Assembly: GCA_002269645.1 (NCBI GenBank)
Contig: NIVC01000272.1
Location: forward strand, 1-64,000
Length of the DNA stretch: 64,000 nucleotides
Direction of reading: 5' to 3'
From: Macrostomum lignano
Lineage: Eukaryota
Shown in pieces: positions 23,414 through 46,696 of this stretch. The notes beneath the pieces are model-generated. The model was not told the DNA's origin. It made no database searches and saw nothing but the letters and a program-made list of their open reading frames with translations. The first letter of the stretch is position 1, and each line of letters begins with the position of its first letter. The position numbers were made by a program, and so were the translations under genes.

Positions 23414-25341
23414 TCACGTGAACAGATCGTCAAACAGACGGTCAGCCTGGGAGGCGCTGTCGCCAGCATTAGAGGCCTGCCCCTGAAATCCGACACGACC
23501 TCCCCGACCGGTGGACTTCGCCTTCCGCCGCGACTCGCCGATTCCGTCATTGGCGTCGTCCTCGGCCTCCAGCAAGTCGAAGACGCTGCCGTGGCCGCCG
23601 CCGTCGCTGCCACTGCCGGCAATCTTTCTGGTGTCATCGGTGCTGACGGAGCCGCCGCTGATGCCGCCGCCGCTGTCGCGGGCAACAAGCCGAGTGATGA
23701 GCGGCGATCTGGCGGCCGACGAGCCCGACGCCTGCTGGCTGACCGACCGAGCAGCAGCCGACTTGGCAACGAAGCGCTTGAAGTTCGGAACCACCCGGCC
23801 GCGCCACACGGCCTGGTTGGGCCCAGCGGGGGAGGCGGCGGGCTGCGGCGTTAGCGGCTTCGGCTTGGCGGAGATCAGCGACCGCTTGTTGACGCGCATG
23901 TAGCGCGGCTCCTCGGCGGCCAGGGGGAAATCGCTGAGGGTCAGCTCGGCGGCAGGTGGCTTGCGCAGCGACTGCTTGTCTGGCGGCGCTGGACCGATGT
24001 TTGTCTTCACCTCGGATAGTGGCGCCAGCAGTGGCGCCGGCTTTGGCGCCGGCTGCTCCGGCGAGTCGGCGGCTGTTTTGCTGAAGTACTGCAGCATGCT
24101 GGCCTGCCGCTTGGCCTGCGGAGCAGCGGCGTCCGACGGTTCGCCTTTGCGCCGCCGGCTGCCGGCCAGGCCGACCGACTCGTTGGCTGGCTTCTTCACC
24201 GGTGACGGCGACTGGCTGCACAGGCGCTTCGGTGCCGGCCTCGGGGCCGCCGGTTCCACAGCGGGGCTGCTGCCATCGTCCGCGAATAGCGACAGAATGC
24301 CGCGGCCAGCGACTCCGCTTTCGGTTCCGCTTCCGGCTTCGTTTTTGACTTCCCCTTTGTCGCAGCCGTCGGCCGCACTGGCCGATGCCGACGGAGCTTC
24401 GGACAGTCGTGGCCGGCGCCTGTCCGGCTGGACGCATTCGGCGTCGACCTCGCTAGCAATAGCTATGGAAGAACGCTTGCGCGGTTGCTGCTGTGGCTGC
24501 TGCTGCTGCTCGGAGGCCTGGGTGGAGGTGTCCAGCAGGCTGGGGTCGCAGGGGGCGCACGGGTTGCAGACCAGGTCGGTGCGGCAGGCCAGCACGGCCC
24601 AGCAGATCTCCAGCTCTAGCACTGGCCGGCGGCTCGCAGACCTCAGGAGGCTGAAGACCCGCCCGGTCCAGTCCGAGTCCGCGGGGCCCGCCGAGGCCGA
24701 CCGGACAACCAGGACGGTGTCATCCGCCAAATCGGCCAGCTGCAGGCCGACGGCGAGCAGCGCTGACTCCGAGTGGGCGGCCAAGGCGACTCCTCCGGCC
24801 GCCTGGACGATGTCGCCGAACCGGCCGAGGCCGTCCGGACGAAGGAAACAGCAGCGCCGGCCGGACAGCAGGCGGCGTCGCTCTGGCTGGGGTCCAAAGT
24901 CGACGCTGTCGGCCAGCGGGCCGGACAGCAGGGCGGCCTCGGACACGGCCGGCCGAAATCGCTCGGGAAGTGGGGGCGGTTGGCCGGCCTGGACAGCCGC
25001 GGCCAGGCGGGTGAGAAAATCGGGCAGCACGGGAGCGGCCAGGTGCAGCAGGCCGAGCACCAGCTTGGCCGTCACGGTCAGCCGCGGCATCACCAGCAGG
25101 TCGGCGCCGTCTCTGGCGTCGTCCACCACCCGGCCGCCGAGCCGCTGCAGCGTCGTGGTGGCCGTCTGCCGGCTGGCCTCGCTTAGCGCTGAGAAGCAGA
25201 CTCGGAGGCCTTGGCGCCTGAGGCGGCAGACCGCGCCCAGGCTAGGGTCCGAGTCCCCGAATTCCAGCTGATCGCCCGGCCTGGCGGGAAAGTGGCGAAT
25301 GCGGCGAAATCAATGACAGACAGACAGACAGACAGACAGTC

Positions 25342-25382
<41 letters not shown>

Positions 25383-25387
25383 CCCGA

Positions 25388-25472
<85 letters not shown>

Positions 25473-25490
25473 AAGACAGACAGACAGACC

Positions 25491-25530
<40 letters not shown>

Positions 25531-25535
25531 CCCGA

Positions 25536-25602
<67 letters not shown>

Positions 25603-26819
25603 GCCGGACAGACAGCAGCTGTAACAGACAGACAGCCAGACAGACAGACAGACAGCCGGACAGACAGCAGCTGTGACAGACAGACATCCAGACAGACAGA
25701 CAGACAGACAGCCGGACAGACAGCAGCTGTGACAGACAGACAGACAGACAGCCAGACAGGCAGGCAGACAGCCGGACAGACAGACAGCCGGACAGACAGC
25801 AGCTGAGACAGACAGACAGCAGCTGAGACAGACAGACAGCCAGACAGGCAGGCAGACAGCAGCTGAGACAGACAGACAGCCAGACAGCCAGACAGACGGA
25901 CAGACAGCCAGACAGCCGGACAGACAGCAGCTGTAACAGACAGACAGCCAGACAGACAGACAGACAGCCGGACAGACAGCAGCTGTGACAGACAGACAGA
26001 CAGACAGCCAGACAGGCAGGCAGACAGCCGGACAGACAAACAGCCGGACAGACAGACAGCCGGACAGACAGCAGCTGAGACAGACAGACAGCCAGACAGC
26101 CAGACAGACGGACAGACAGCCAGACAGACAGACAGACAGACAGACAGACAGCCGGACAGACAGCAGCTGAGACAGACAGACAGCAGCTGAGACAGACAGA
26201 CAGCCAGACAGGCAGGCAGACAGCAGCTGAGACAGACAGACAGCCAGACAGCCAGACAGACGGACAGACAGCCAGACAGCCGGACAGACAGCAGCTGTAA
26301 CAGACAGACAGCCAGACAGACAGACAGACAGCCAGACAGACAGCAGCTGTAACAGACAGACAGACAGCCAGACAGGCAGGCAGACAGCCGGACAGACAGA
26401 CAGCCGGACAGACAGACAGCCGGACAGACAGCAGCTGAGACAGACAGACAGCCAGACAGCCAGACAGACGGACAGACAGCCAGACAGACAGACAGGCAGA
26501 CAGCCGGACAAACAGCAGCTGAGACAGACCCATAAAACAGTTCACAGACTTACCGAACGGTGACCCCGGCGGGCCCGGCAGGCGCGGCATCGCAGCCGTT
26601 GACGCGGGTGCCGTACCGGGAGGCCAGGTCAGCCAGTATGAGCAAGCCCGGCTCCGGGCCCGGCCGGAGCTCGGCGTGCACCCGGCTGACGGACTTGCAG
26701 TCCAGGTGCAGCTGCACTTTGCTCTTCAGGCGGCCGATATGGGCCCGGCTACCCGGCTGGTCCATGGGCGGCAGGTAGAGGCACCGGTCCGACTCCTGCA
26801 GTTCCAGGTACCACAGCAT
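23414..26819 (-). CDS. NBN: Nibrin (Nbs1): FHA, BRCT, Mre11-binding and ATM-binding motifs; one 1-nt frameshift as assembled
   Basis: Exon 26819-26554 (FHA: SVSRVHAEL, DLASRYGTRVNG). Exon 25280-23414 (PGDQLEFG, then a frameshift in a G-run near 25256, then LRVCFSAL..LQRLGGRVV..LLVMPRLTVTAKLVLGL, PNFKRFVAK and C-terminal ADRLFDDLF). Confidence 0.85.
25315..26528. repeat. Compound (GACA)n microsatellite with gcagct/gccg variants filling the NBN intron
   Basis: Direct observation. Confidence 0.96.
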
Positions 26820-26974
26820 GGCCGGTGGAATGCTGAAGAGTGTGGCAGGTTGCTTCAAGTTAGTGCGGAGGACTACCATTGGCTAAACCGATGGGCACAG
26901 CATCCGGGGATTAAAAGATGAAGGACGGGTGGCCGAATCAGATTGAAATATGCAGATTTTAGAGAAAGGGATTA

Positions 26975-27475
<501 letters not shown>

Positions 27476-27884
27476 CATCAATCTATCCAATAAAAGAACC
27501 AAAGCTTCGCACGCACATTTCTTATCAATTAAAAATCGCTGAACAGCTGTCAGTTTATTAGCATAAAATTTGGCGTAAAATGCGACACCCAATTAATACA
27601 AACGGATTAGCAGAGACAAAGCACAAAGACACACGAGTTGCCCATAGAAATTTGATTTTAAAATTGTATACAAACTTGTCATTCGATTTGTAAATGTGAA
27701 TTTAATACGAAAAATGCGATTAGTTAAGAAATATTAATTGTTAATTGCAAATATTTTATGTAGGATACGGATGATATACTAGTAAAATGATTCCGGTAAT
27801 GCTCGCATGCCATACTCAATACTGTGAGTAGAAAGCCAGGATTTTTTTAGTCTGGCTGAAAAGAGGATTTTGGAATTGAGATAT

Positions 27885-28100
27885 CGGGATCTCATAGTCA
27901 AACTGGGATCCCATGATCAGACTGAGATCTCATGATCAGACTGGGATCTCATGGTCAGACTGGGATATCATGGTCAGACTGGGTCTGGGATCTCATGGTC
28001 AGACTGGGATCTCATGATCAGACTGGGATCTCATGGTCAGACTGGGATCTCATGGTCAGACTAGGATCTCATGATCATACTGGGATCTCATGGTACCTGG
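27885..28100. repeat. 19-bp minisatellite (gactgggatctcatggtca)
   Basis: About 10 copies. Confidence 0.9.
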
Positions 28101-28168
28101 ATTTACAGGAGTTGGGATCTGGGATCATCCCACAGTCTATTTACTGTTAACCTTGTCAGCGGAAATCG

Positions 28169-29694
28169 CTACACCTGGGTGGTGAGCAGCCGCAGCAGGT
28201 GCTCCTCAATAGCCAGCTGGGCCTGCCGGGCCCCCTTCCTGGTGCACAGGGCGTAGGCGTTGAGCCGGTCGGCATTCTCAGCGTAGAGATCCGCGCCCCA
28301 GCGCAGCAGCTTAGCCACGCAGTCGGAGTGGTTGTTGTAGGCGGAGTACATCAGGGCGGTGTTGTACAGCTCGTCGCTCTGATTCACATCGGCGCCAGCT
28401 CGCAGCAGGTGCTCAACAATGTCCGCATGGCCGTAGCAGGCAGCCAGCAGCAGGCCGCTCTCGCCATTGTCGGCTGTGAGGTTCAATGAGGCGCCTTTGT
28501 ACAGCAGCAGCTCCACGGTTGGCGTCTGGCCGTTGGCACAGGCCCAGAGCAGCGGGCTGAAGCCTTTTTGGTCCTGCTGGTCCAGGTCCAGGCCGGGCCG
28601 GTTCATGCGCTCCTGCGATAATCACAATATTTGAAGGGATTGTGAAGGGATAATTGGAGGGATTGTGAAGGGATAGCTGGGGATTGTAAAGGGATAACTG
28701 GTGGATTGGGAAGAGATAATTGAAGGGATTGCGAAGGGATAACTGGTGGATTGCGAAGGGATAATTAAAAGGATTGTGGAGGGATTGTGAAGGGATAATT
28801 GAAGGGATTGTGAAGGGATTGTGAAGGGATAATTGAAGGGATTGTGAAGGGATAATTGAAGGTATTGTGAAGGGATAATTGAAGGGATTGTGAAGGGATA
28901 ATTGAAGGGATTTTGAAGGGATAATTGAAGGGATTGTGAAGGGATATTTGAAGGTATTGTGAAGGGATAATTGAAGGTATTGTGAAGGGATAATTGAAGG
29001 GATTGTGAAGGGATAATTGAAGGGATTGTGAAGGGATAATTGAAGGGATTTTGAAGGGATAATTGAAGGTATTGTGAAGGTATGAGGGAACAGACTGAGA
29101 ATGAAACAATTGAGCAGGTTGTGGAGAGAATAGTGGATCATTGTGGAGAAAAATGGAAGGGAAAGATGGCGACAGGCCGCCAAAAAGGTTAAAATTAGAC
29201 TCCTCAAAGGCAGGCAGACTCACCTGCAGCAGGTTGAGCTCGCCCTGGGCAGCCAGCTGGTGAAGCGTGAGCTCCCTGACTTCAAACTGGGCGGTGGTCT
29301 GGATATTCCGGCGCTGCACGTTGGTCAGCACTGTGCTGATCTTGTTTGGCGACCGGCCCTTCTGCGGCGGCTGCTGCTGCTGCTGCGCCTGGGAAACTGG
29401 CTGATGAGGCAGTGGCGGAGTCTGCTGCGTCTGCAGCTGCTGCTGATGGTGCGGCGGTTGCATCATGCCGAAGTGAAACACGGGCCCCATTGATGCAGCA
29501 GGGGAGCTGTGAGCTGCCTTTGTGCCACCGCCACCACCGCCCATGAGCTGCTGCTGTTGAAGGCGGTGGGCAGCCGCTGCAGCCGCCATCTGATGCTGCT
29601 GCTGCTGCTGGTAGGCAGCCGAGATCGAGTGGTGCTGCGAGTGCGGCTGCTGCAACAGCACGGGATCAGGCATAGGGCTGCGGCTCTTCCTCAT
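28169..29694 (-). CDS. ANKRA2: ANKRA2/RFXANK-family ankyrin-repeat protein (~304 aa)
   Basis: Exons 29694 (or 29673)-29224 and 28612-28169. Motifs STVLTNVQRRN, LTLHQLAAQGE, GFSPLLWACANGQ and IEEHLLRLL; Gln-rich N-terminus. Confidence 0.88.
28630..29080. repeat. 23-bp minisatellite (gaagggattgtgaagggataatt) in the ANKRA2 intron
   Basis: Tandem periodicity. Confidence 0.93.
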
Positions 29695-29699
29695 TACTC

Positions 29700-30185
29700 G
29701 CTCAAGAGTTCCGATCCCAACTTCATATCCTCACTCGAGAGTCCCGATCCCAACCCCAGATCCTCACTCAAGAGTCCCGATCCCAACTTCATATCCTCAC
29801 TCGAGAGTCCCGATCCCAACTTCATATCCTCACTCAAGAGTCCCGATCCCAATCCCAGATCCTCACTCAAGAGTCCCGATCCCAACCCCAGATCCTCACT
29901 CGAGAGTCCTGATCCCAACCCCAGATCCTCACTCGAGAGTCCCGATCCCAACCCCAGATCCTCACTCAAGAGTCCCGATCCCAATCCCAGATCCTCACTC
30001 GAGAGTCCCGATCCCAACCCCAGATCCTCACTCGAGAGTCCCGATCCCAACCCCAGATCCTCACTCAAGAGTCCCGATCCCAACCCCAGATCCTCACTCG
30101 AGAGTCCTGATCCCAACCCCAGATCCTCACTCAAGAGTCCCGATCCCAATCCCAGATCCTCACTCAAGAGTCCCAATCCCAACCT
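29700..30185. repeat. 33-bp minisatellite (aagagtcccgatcccaaccccagatcctcactc)
   Basis: About 15 copies; 11-aa period in the ORF track. Confidence 0.95.
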
Positions 30186-30614
30186 CGGATCAATAGTATA
30201 ACCTGAATCTCGACCTTAAATTCTTACTTAAGTCAGGATCCAATCAAATTGCACTAGCAACACAATAATAATTTTAATCCAGTTATTAATCAACAGAAAT
30301 CAGGTAAATAAAGCACAGAACCGATTACGCGCACAAAACAGAAACCGAATGACAGGATCAGAAACTTATTGTCACCCGCGCCAAATACCGAACAGCAGGG
30401 CTTGGCGGGGTGAGGAATTTCGATAAACAGAAGAAGCCACCAAACACTGAAAGCGATAAATAAATTTCTAAACAGAGCAGACAGTTGACAGCCAATTAGC
30501 TGCAAAAAAACAACTCTAAAACAACAAATACGAAATGAAAAAGTAAGACAGGTAGATGGGATTCGAGCGATTAATTATGAGAGGCAAAAGTAGGACCATC
30601 AAAAAACAAGAAGG

Positions 30615-30970
30615 GAAGTCAGTGAAGGGATGATTGCAGGGTCAGTGAAGGGATGATTGAAGGGTCAGTGAAGTGATGATTGAAGGGTCAGTGAAGTGAT
30701 GATTGCAGGGTCAGTGAAGGGATGATTGAATGGTCAGTGAAGTGATGATTGCAGGGTCAGTGAAGGGATGATTGCAGGGTCAGTGAAGGGATGATTGAAG
30801 GGTCAGTGAAGTGATGATTGAAGGGTCAGTGAAGTGATGATTGAAGGGTCAGTGAAGTGATGATTGCAGGGTCAGTGAAGTGATGATTGAAGGGTCAGTG
30901 AAGTGATGATTGCAGGGTCAGTGAAGGGATGATTGAAGGGTCAGTGAAGTGATGATTGAAGGTCAGTGAA
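30615..30970. repeat. 23-bp minisatellite (agggtcagtgaagtgatgattga)
   Basis: About 15 copies. Confidence 0.93.
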
Positions 30971-31107
30971 TGCACCGATGGGGTCAGTGCAGGGAGAGAA
31001 ACAGCTGACTGTAACACACTGGAGAAAGGCTATTACAGATTGCACTATTGTGCCGCATTGAAATTTGCTCCAAGCAAAGTTCTCCCCGGAGGCATCAGGC
31101 CAGGCTT

Positions 31108-31434
31108 TCACTTGTCCTTCTTGTTCTGCTTCCGGCCCTGCTGCTTGCTGCCGGTTTCAGCCTCGCCAGTGGCCGCAGCGGGCCGCACCGGCTGCCAGTG
31201 CAGCTGACTACGCCGGTACATGGGCCAGGGCGGCAGGGTGAGCAGGGCGGACAGGGCAAAGCCGGCGGCTAGGATGAGCACAGTCTGCGAGAACTGCTGG
31301 CAGATGTAGCCCCAGGCTAACCCAGCCACGCCAAATATTGCCAGTACAAACTGGAAGGTGCGCTCGGCCCTGCGCTGGCCCTCGAAGTCCATGTGGGTGG
31401 GGATGCGGCTGGTCAGGTCAGTGAGAAACTTCAT
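31108..31434 (-). CDS. SPCS1: Signal peptidase complex subunit 1 (SPC12), 108 aa, coding region intronless
   Basis: MDFEGQRRAE, GYICQQFSQTV and LPPWPMYRR are SPC12 motifs. Confidence 0.95.
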   Translation of the reverse strand: MKFLTDLTSRIPTHMDFEGQRRAERTFQFVLAIFGVAGLAWGYICQQFSQTVLILAAGFALSALLTLPPWPMYRRSQLHWQPVRPAAATGEAETGSKQQGRKQNKKDK

Positions 31435-34400
31435 TGTTGAGGCTTGGTGAGGGGACGCTCAGCGCTGCAATATTGGATGCCACATGGTAACAAGCATGAA
31501 GTGCGCCAAGTGGTTTGGACCTCAAAGAACTCGCATATACATAGCACAAGACTAGGCTGAACTGCATATTAAACCCTTATAAACTATTTTGCCTCCCTCT
31601 AAGGCACCAAGTATGCCTAGCAATGAAAGTCAAAAGGCTAATTATCTAGTATATTAAAAACATAAAGGTTTTGTCACATTGTCAAAAGGTATTAACTATT
31701 TTTATTAGGATTATATATAAATATTAATTTATTTATAGAATTTTCTAAAAAGACAATTTTTGTGTCAATTATATTCTAGTTTTTAAGTCCAAAAATAATT
31801 AGTTATCAATATCTATTTATCTATTTCAAAAATTTCTATATTTATAAATATATATATATTTCAATACAATAATACCCATTGATGGCATACTTTATTATCT
31901 TTATTAAATTCCTTTGCAAAATGCTTAGCATAAAAGTTTGTCATTAAAAATGCTTTATAATTTAGGCCTAGCATATAATAAAAAACCAAGATTTCTTCAT
32001 GAAACATTGTCTTTATAATAACCATTTCTAATTCTTTATATATAACTAAGAAAGGAAATTTTGTTTTTAAAGGAATATTGTCAATAAAAATTACTTACTC
32101 CAATATTAAACATTTGATAAAACTCTATGGCATTCTTATACTACCTTTAGGAATAAATAACTTGATCTTAAAAATATAAGATAATTAATCAAGCCATATC
32201 TAAAAAACATGAGGATTCCACATATATGGACATATAAAATATGGAGGTTTTAGATAGGGAGATGCTTTAATGGGGATTGATTTTTTATAAACTTAATAGA
32301 GACATGCATCTATTAAAAATTAAGTATATAAATTTCTAGACCTTGGGGATAGGGTAGATGACTAAGAGGTCAAGAATTGGACCATGAGAAATAAAGGATT
32401 TTAAGATAGAGAAATACTTTATATAGATTAATTTTATACATCTAAACTTTAGCAAATGGATTGGGATTTGTTAAAAATTATGTAGCCTTATATAAAATAT
32501 ATAAATGTTTAGACCTTTAAGAATATAAGATAAAAGGCTAGCTTAGAACATAAATGACTTTTTAGAATATTACTCACTATGTTATTTTTCACTATACCTT
32601 ATTGTACCATGGTTATAGATCTTTAATTTGTTATAGTTAAGCCTGAACTTATGCTATTTATAGATATTTTTATACTATAGCTAGCTTTTTAAGCTGTCTT
32701 TTTACTAGCTTGCAACTTTTACAAATTAACCAGGTGCAAAACCTATATTCTATACTACTATTACTACAATATAGTATACTTTTATATACTTTTAGCTATT
32801 TTTTATTCCTTTTAAAGTTTTAAAAAAAAGTTTTTAAAAAGAAAATTGGAAATATTATATACACCTAAGGTTTAGGAAGTACTAACAGATAGTAAAATAT
32901 AAAACAAAATTATACATATAAATAAATACAATTACAAAACGGCCATAGATTATGATGATATTAATTAAGGCCTAGTAAAAATTGTTTTACTAATCTAATC
33001 ATCAAAAGGACTAAAATTGTCTATATAATACCAAACAGTCTAAGTTTTTATTAGAGAAATTTAATTTGAGAGCAAAAAAACACTTAAGTAGGGCTTATTA
33101 TTAAGAGATATACTATTTACTTTACTAGGCCTAAGAAACAAATTTAAATTTTCTTTTAAAAAATATCTTCAGAAAGTTCAATGTAACGGTTCAGTGCTAG
33201 GCTATGCCTATAGAGACAAAAGTCTCACAAATGCAATAATTTTACACGCCTAAATTTAATCATAAAACACAAATACTAGACTGCAAACACTAGTCCTATT
33301 ACCAATAAAAAAGAAAATGACTTGTCTCATTGCTAATTTGCCTCAATTTTGGCAAAAGAAACTCTAGTATTGCCTATCAGGGGCAAATTATTTAAAAAAA
33401 TCTATTTTCTGATTACTAGGCCTAGCTAGACACAGACTCGAGGCCTCCAGCTAGATATCAAAATGGAAAAAGTAGAATAGTTAGCTAGGCCTAGCTATCC
33501 CCTATGCTGATATACTAAACTAAGCCTGTAAAAACTAAAAAATTGAAATCCGAAAATGGATAATTGTATATTTGGCCAGAACTGAAAATAACCTTTGTCT
33601 TCCGGGCATCAAACAAACCCATCGATCCAACCCGCCCGTCTATAGTTAGCAAGCATACCCGAATTTGGGATTTTGTTAAATTCGTAGAACGTGTTATAAT
33701 TCAAATGTGGTTTTTTGCTAGCAAATTAAAACTAAACATTGCTTTTTCTATTATAACTACCTTGAATTTTTTGTCTAATGTAAATAAAAAAATAAAAACT
33801 AAAAAATTGGTTTACTTTCACTCTGAAATCTATTTTTATTATTCTACTCTTTGAGCTTTCGATATTTATAAAACATATATTTAAAATTCTGAAGTCGTCT
33901 GGAATTCTTTCGCTTTTTGGTATTAAATGCACTCATTGATTAATTATTAGTTTTTTTTCAACAATCTTAAAAGCCCGTCTTTTAATTAAAAAGATGTCAT
34001 TTCATTTTGGTTTTAATCCAAATCGCTTTGAAACTTCAACTGTTTGTTCATTGTTTTATATTCAGCTGCAAGAATTATCACCTGTTATAGTTATAGCCAG
34101 AAGCCAGACCCAGCCAGATCCACAATGTATGATTTTACTTGCTTAAAATAGCTTGGACCCTGTCGGATTCGAAACTAGTTAAAATTAACCAAATTTTGCA
34201 TCCATAATCTTTTAGTTTTTATGTACTACATTTTACCATATTGTTTTTTGATAAATCCATTCCAGAATTGGCCCATTTGTACCTATAATATCATTCAATA
34301 TCATATCAATCATTTTTCAATTTTTCCAGTAGGTCTACTTTTATTCATGCACTAGTGATTTTTTGAATCTATGGTCCTAGAGAACAAAATCGTTTTTTTA

Positions 34401-34628
34401 TTTGATTACAAGTTACTTTAAATAAAGGCATAATATGCTTAACTGTATCTTTTAACTTTTGTAAGCTTTTTTTAGTCTGCTAAGTCACTAAATCACCACT
34501 GAATTTCAAAATAAAACACAACACTTGCTTTTATTGAGGTACACATAGATGGACTAATTTTATTGACCAATCTATTGATTATTCTCTAATTTTGCACTAA
34601 TCCTTTTCAGCCAGCACTAGCCTAAACA

Positions 34629-43254
<8,626 letters not shown>

Positions 43255-44809
43255 GCGACCGCCGAGGCCCCCATTGCAACACCGATTTCCTCGAACTGAA
43301 TCTTGCTTATTTAAACAACTCTTATCTAGATATAAAATTACCTAGCGCTTAATTTTTAATTCACAAATTTTTTTATCTATTAACTAAGGCCCAGCTACTG
43401 TTAGTAGTCTAGAAAGTATTTTATTCGCTTTCTGCGTTCCGCAACCTGACATGCCGAGGGAAAAGATTTTGTCATGGACAGCTAAAGCAAAACGCTGCAA
43501 ATTGCATTAACAAGATTGGAAGATACTTTGAGTTTAATTTTCCGCGAGATTTGTTTCGAGGCTTCACTCTTATTATTAAAAGTTTATTCATTCAACTTGT
43601 GTGAAGTGACGCCGACAGAGTTAAGAACTGATTTATGCTTTGTCTCACGTTATTCCCTGTAATACTGTTAGTAGGCTGTGTTGTGCAGGAAATTCTCAGC
43701 AAAGTAGAGATAGTTCCGCATTCGCTATTTAGTTGATATTGCAAGATTTAGCGATATTGTGTTTCGTTTTTTGAGTCCGCTAGCTTAGCCGATTGCTAAT
43801 GAATAATTAATGAGCATTTCACTTGCTTTGAAGACCGGCCCAGGGGCAATTTCAGTTTCTGACTATTTGACTGCAATTTTATCAGCTTTTTTATTTAACC
43901 AACTGCTCAGTGTGTTATTAATTTTAAATCGGTGCGCTGCAATGACGTCATTTTGTCTTCAAATTCAAACCAATCTTAAATCGTGTTTTTAATACTCCTT
44001 ATATAAAAAGTTGTCTCGACCGTTTTTAAATTGGCGCGTATTTTAAATACTGAGTTGTGTGATTTGTTTTACCACAGCACTATTATCGTTTGTTATACTT
44101 ACCGTTTGTTTTAATCTTTGGAATTTGAAATTGTTAAGTACGATTTTCTTCGATTTTTTAGAGTTTCTTAGGAAGGCATCAGAGGTTCAACTTTAAAAAA
44201 TGATATTTTTACAAGTATTTCTACACTTACTACCTGCAACTGGCTACTCGCAGTAAGTATTAAGACATTTTCGGTTGATTCTTTTTCCAGCACGCAACTT
44301 CGGTGTGGGGTGTCCGCGCAATGTCTGCCGTTTTCTTTAATTTTTCTCGCTTTCCGCTCGCTCCACTGGCGCACAACAGCCACCCTGGCGCCCCTCTCAG
44401 CCCTCCGCTTTCCTCGGAAATGCTATGCTTGTTTATTGTTTATTCATTAACTTTTTTAAAAATCAATATCTATTTATCTTACCCCGCATAGATATGTCAA
44501 TGCAATATGCTGACTGCACGAGACAGGCATGTGTAGGCAAATTGCAAGCCGGATGACCCACTGGATGGGAACTGCAGCGTGCTGAGCTAACAAAGCCTGG
44601 CTTTGCAATTTACAAACCTCTCGAATAAACTGTCACTCGGCCGCCCCTATCAGCCACCGCCAGCTTCAGCTGGTCTTAACATTGTGTTTCTTCTGCAACT
44701 TTGCTTGCTTTTTCGCTTCAAAGCAAATTTAAAAATGAATTGAAATGCTCACTGACTTTTGGTCTTTCAGTGCTTTTCACTGACGGAATGAGAGATTTTC
44801 TGGAATATG

Positions 44810-45175
44810 AAATGAGGGAGCTGGAATGGGGGAGCTGGAATGAGGGAGCTGGAATGAGGGAGCTGGAATGAGGGAGCTGGAATGAGGAATCTATAATGAG
44901 GGTACTGGAATGAGGGAACTGGAATGAGGGAGCTGGAATAAGGGAAATGGAATGAGGGAGCTGGAATGATGGAACTGGAATGATGAGCTGGAATGAGGGA
45001 ACTGGAATGATGAGCTGGAATGAAGGAACTTGAATGAGGGAGCTGGAATGAGGGAACTGGAATGAGGGAGCTGGAATGAGGAAACTGGAATGAGGAAACT
45101 GGAATGAGGGAACTGGAATGAGGGAACTGGAATGAGGAAGCTGCATGGGAAACTGGAATGGAGGAGCTGGAACCT
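44810..45175. repeat. 14-bp minisatellite (gagggagctggaat)
   Basis: Tandem periodicity. Confidence 0.92.
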
Positions 45176-45829
45176 GGAATTACCACCTTGTATCTGGTGT
45201 CTGTTACCTTTATTTTAAGCACCAGATATCACATAGAATTTGCATGGATGGGTCATGCATATACGAGTAATAGGCATCACGTGATCTGGGAGCTCTGTGG
45301 CCCTGGTTATTATGTCTTTTTATCTTTGTATTAAGCTTTGCCTCAAATTCGACGAACTTGGCTCGAACTCGCGTGCCGAGCTGGGCCGCAGCTCGCGGCC
45401 TGCCCTGCCTCTATTAGGCAAGCTCATAATAATCTGCTTCCTGCCGGCCCGAGAATTGTAAGAACTGTTGGGGGCCGCCAGCACGGCATGCGGGGGAGAG
45501 GCGCTCTGATGAAAGGAAGCCCGCCGCCCGGCCCGGCGGAATGGGAGGGGATGGGGCAGAGAGGCTGGAGCAGCATGAAGGCTTCTCGGTGATTAAAAGA
45601 AGCCCCCCCCCATCTCATCGCAGCCGGACTGAGCGGCTCGAGGCTTGCCGGGGCGGGGAGTTCAGTGTGTAAATCGCTGCTTGCGAAAGCAGGAGGCCCG
45701 GGGAACTTGAAGCCAAAACCGAAAATTTGGATTCGAAAGGGAGCTAACGGGAAAATAAAAATACCGGATTAAGAAGTTGCGTCCAACTTTTGAGATGACG
45801 AGAACTGTGTTTTCCAAACAGTTCCCACA

Positions 45830-46696
45830 GATCCCAGATCCCGAGGATCCCAGATCCCGAGGATCCCAGATCCCGAGGATCCCAGATCCCGAGGATCCCA
45901 GATCCCGAGGATCCCAGATCCCGAGGATCCCAGATCCCGAGGATCCCAGATCCCGAGGATCCCAGATCCCGAGGATCCCAGATCCCGAGGATCCCAGATC
46001 CCGAGGATCCCAGATCCCGAGGATCCCAGATCCTGAGGATCCCAGATCCCGAGGATCCCAGATCCCGAGGATCCCAGATCCCGAGGATCCCAGATCCCGA
46101 GGATCCCAGATCCCGAGGATCTCAGATCCCGAGGATCCCAGATCCCGAGGATCCCAGATCCCGAGGATCCCAGATCCCGAGGATCCCAGATCCGAGGATC
46201 CCAGATCCCGAGGATCCCAGATCCCGAGGATCCCAGATCCGAGGATCCCAGATCCGAGGATCCCAGATCCCGAGGATCCCAGATCCCGAGGATCCCAGAT
46301 CCCGAGGATCCCAGATCCCGAGGATCCCAGATCCCGAGGATCCCAGATCCCGAGGATCCCAGATCCCGAGGATCCCAGATCCGAGGATCCCAGATCCCGA
46401 GGATCCCAGATCCCGAGGATCCCAGATCCCGAGGATCCCAGATCCCGAGGATCCCAGATCCCGAGGATCCCAGATCCCGAGGATCCCAGATCCTGAGGAT
46501 CCCAGATCCCGAGGATCCCAGATCCCGAGGATCCCAGATCCCGAGGATCCCAGATCCCGAGGATCCCAGATCCGAGGATCCCAGATCCCGAGGATCCCAG
46601 ATCCCGAGGATCCCAGATCCTGAGGATCCCAGATCCCGAGGATCCCAGATCCCGAGGATCCCAGATCCCGAGGATCCCAGATCCCGAGGATCCCAG
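45830..46696. repeat. 16-bp minisatellite (gaggatcccagatccc)
   Basis: About 54 highly homogeneous copies. Confidence 0.97.

Noticed and set aside
19031-25271. Antisense and alternative-frame ORFs over DDX54 and NBN (e.g. 23961-25271, 20401-20895)
   Set aside because: Expected shadow ORFs of very GC-rich coding sequence.
27833-27860. Short hairpin with a U-rich loop resembling an Sm site
   Set aside because: Does not fit RAU(n)GR, and no SL or snRNA sequence is adjacent; I found no SL RNA gene in the window.
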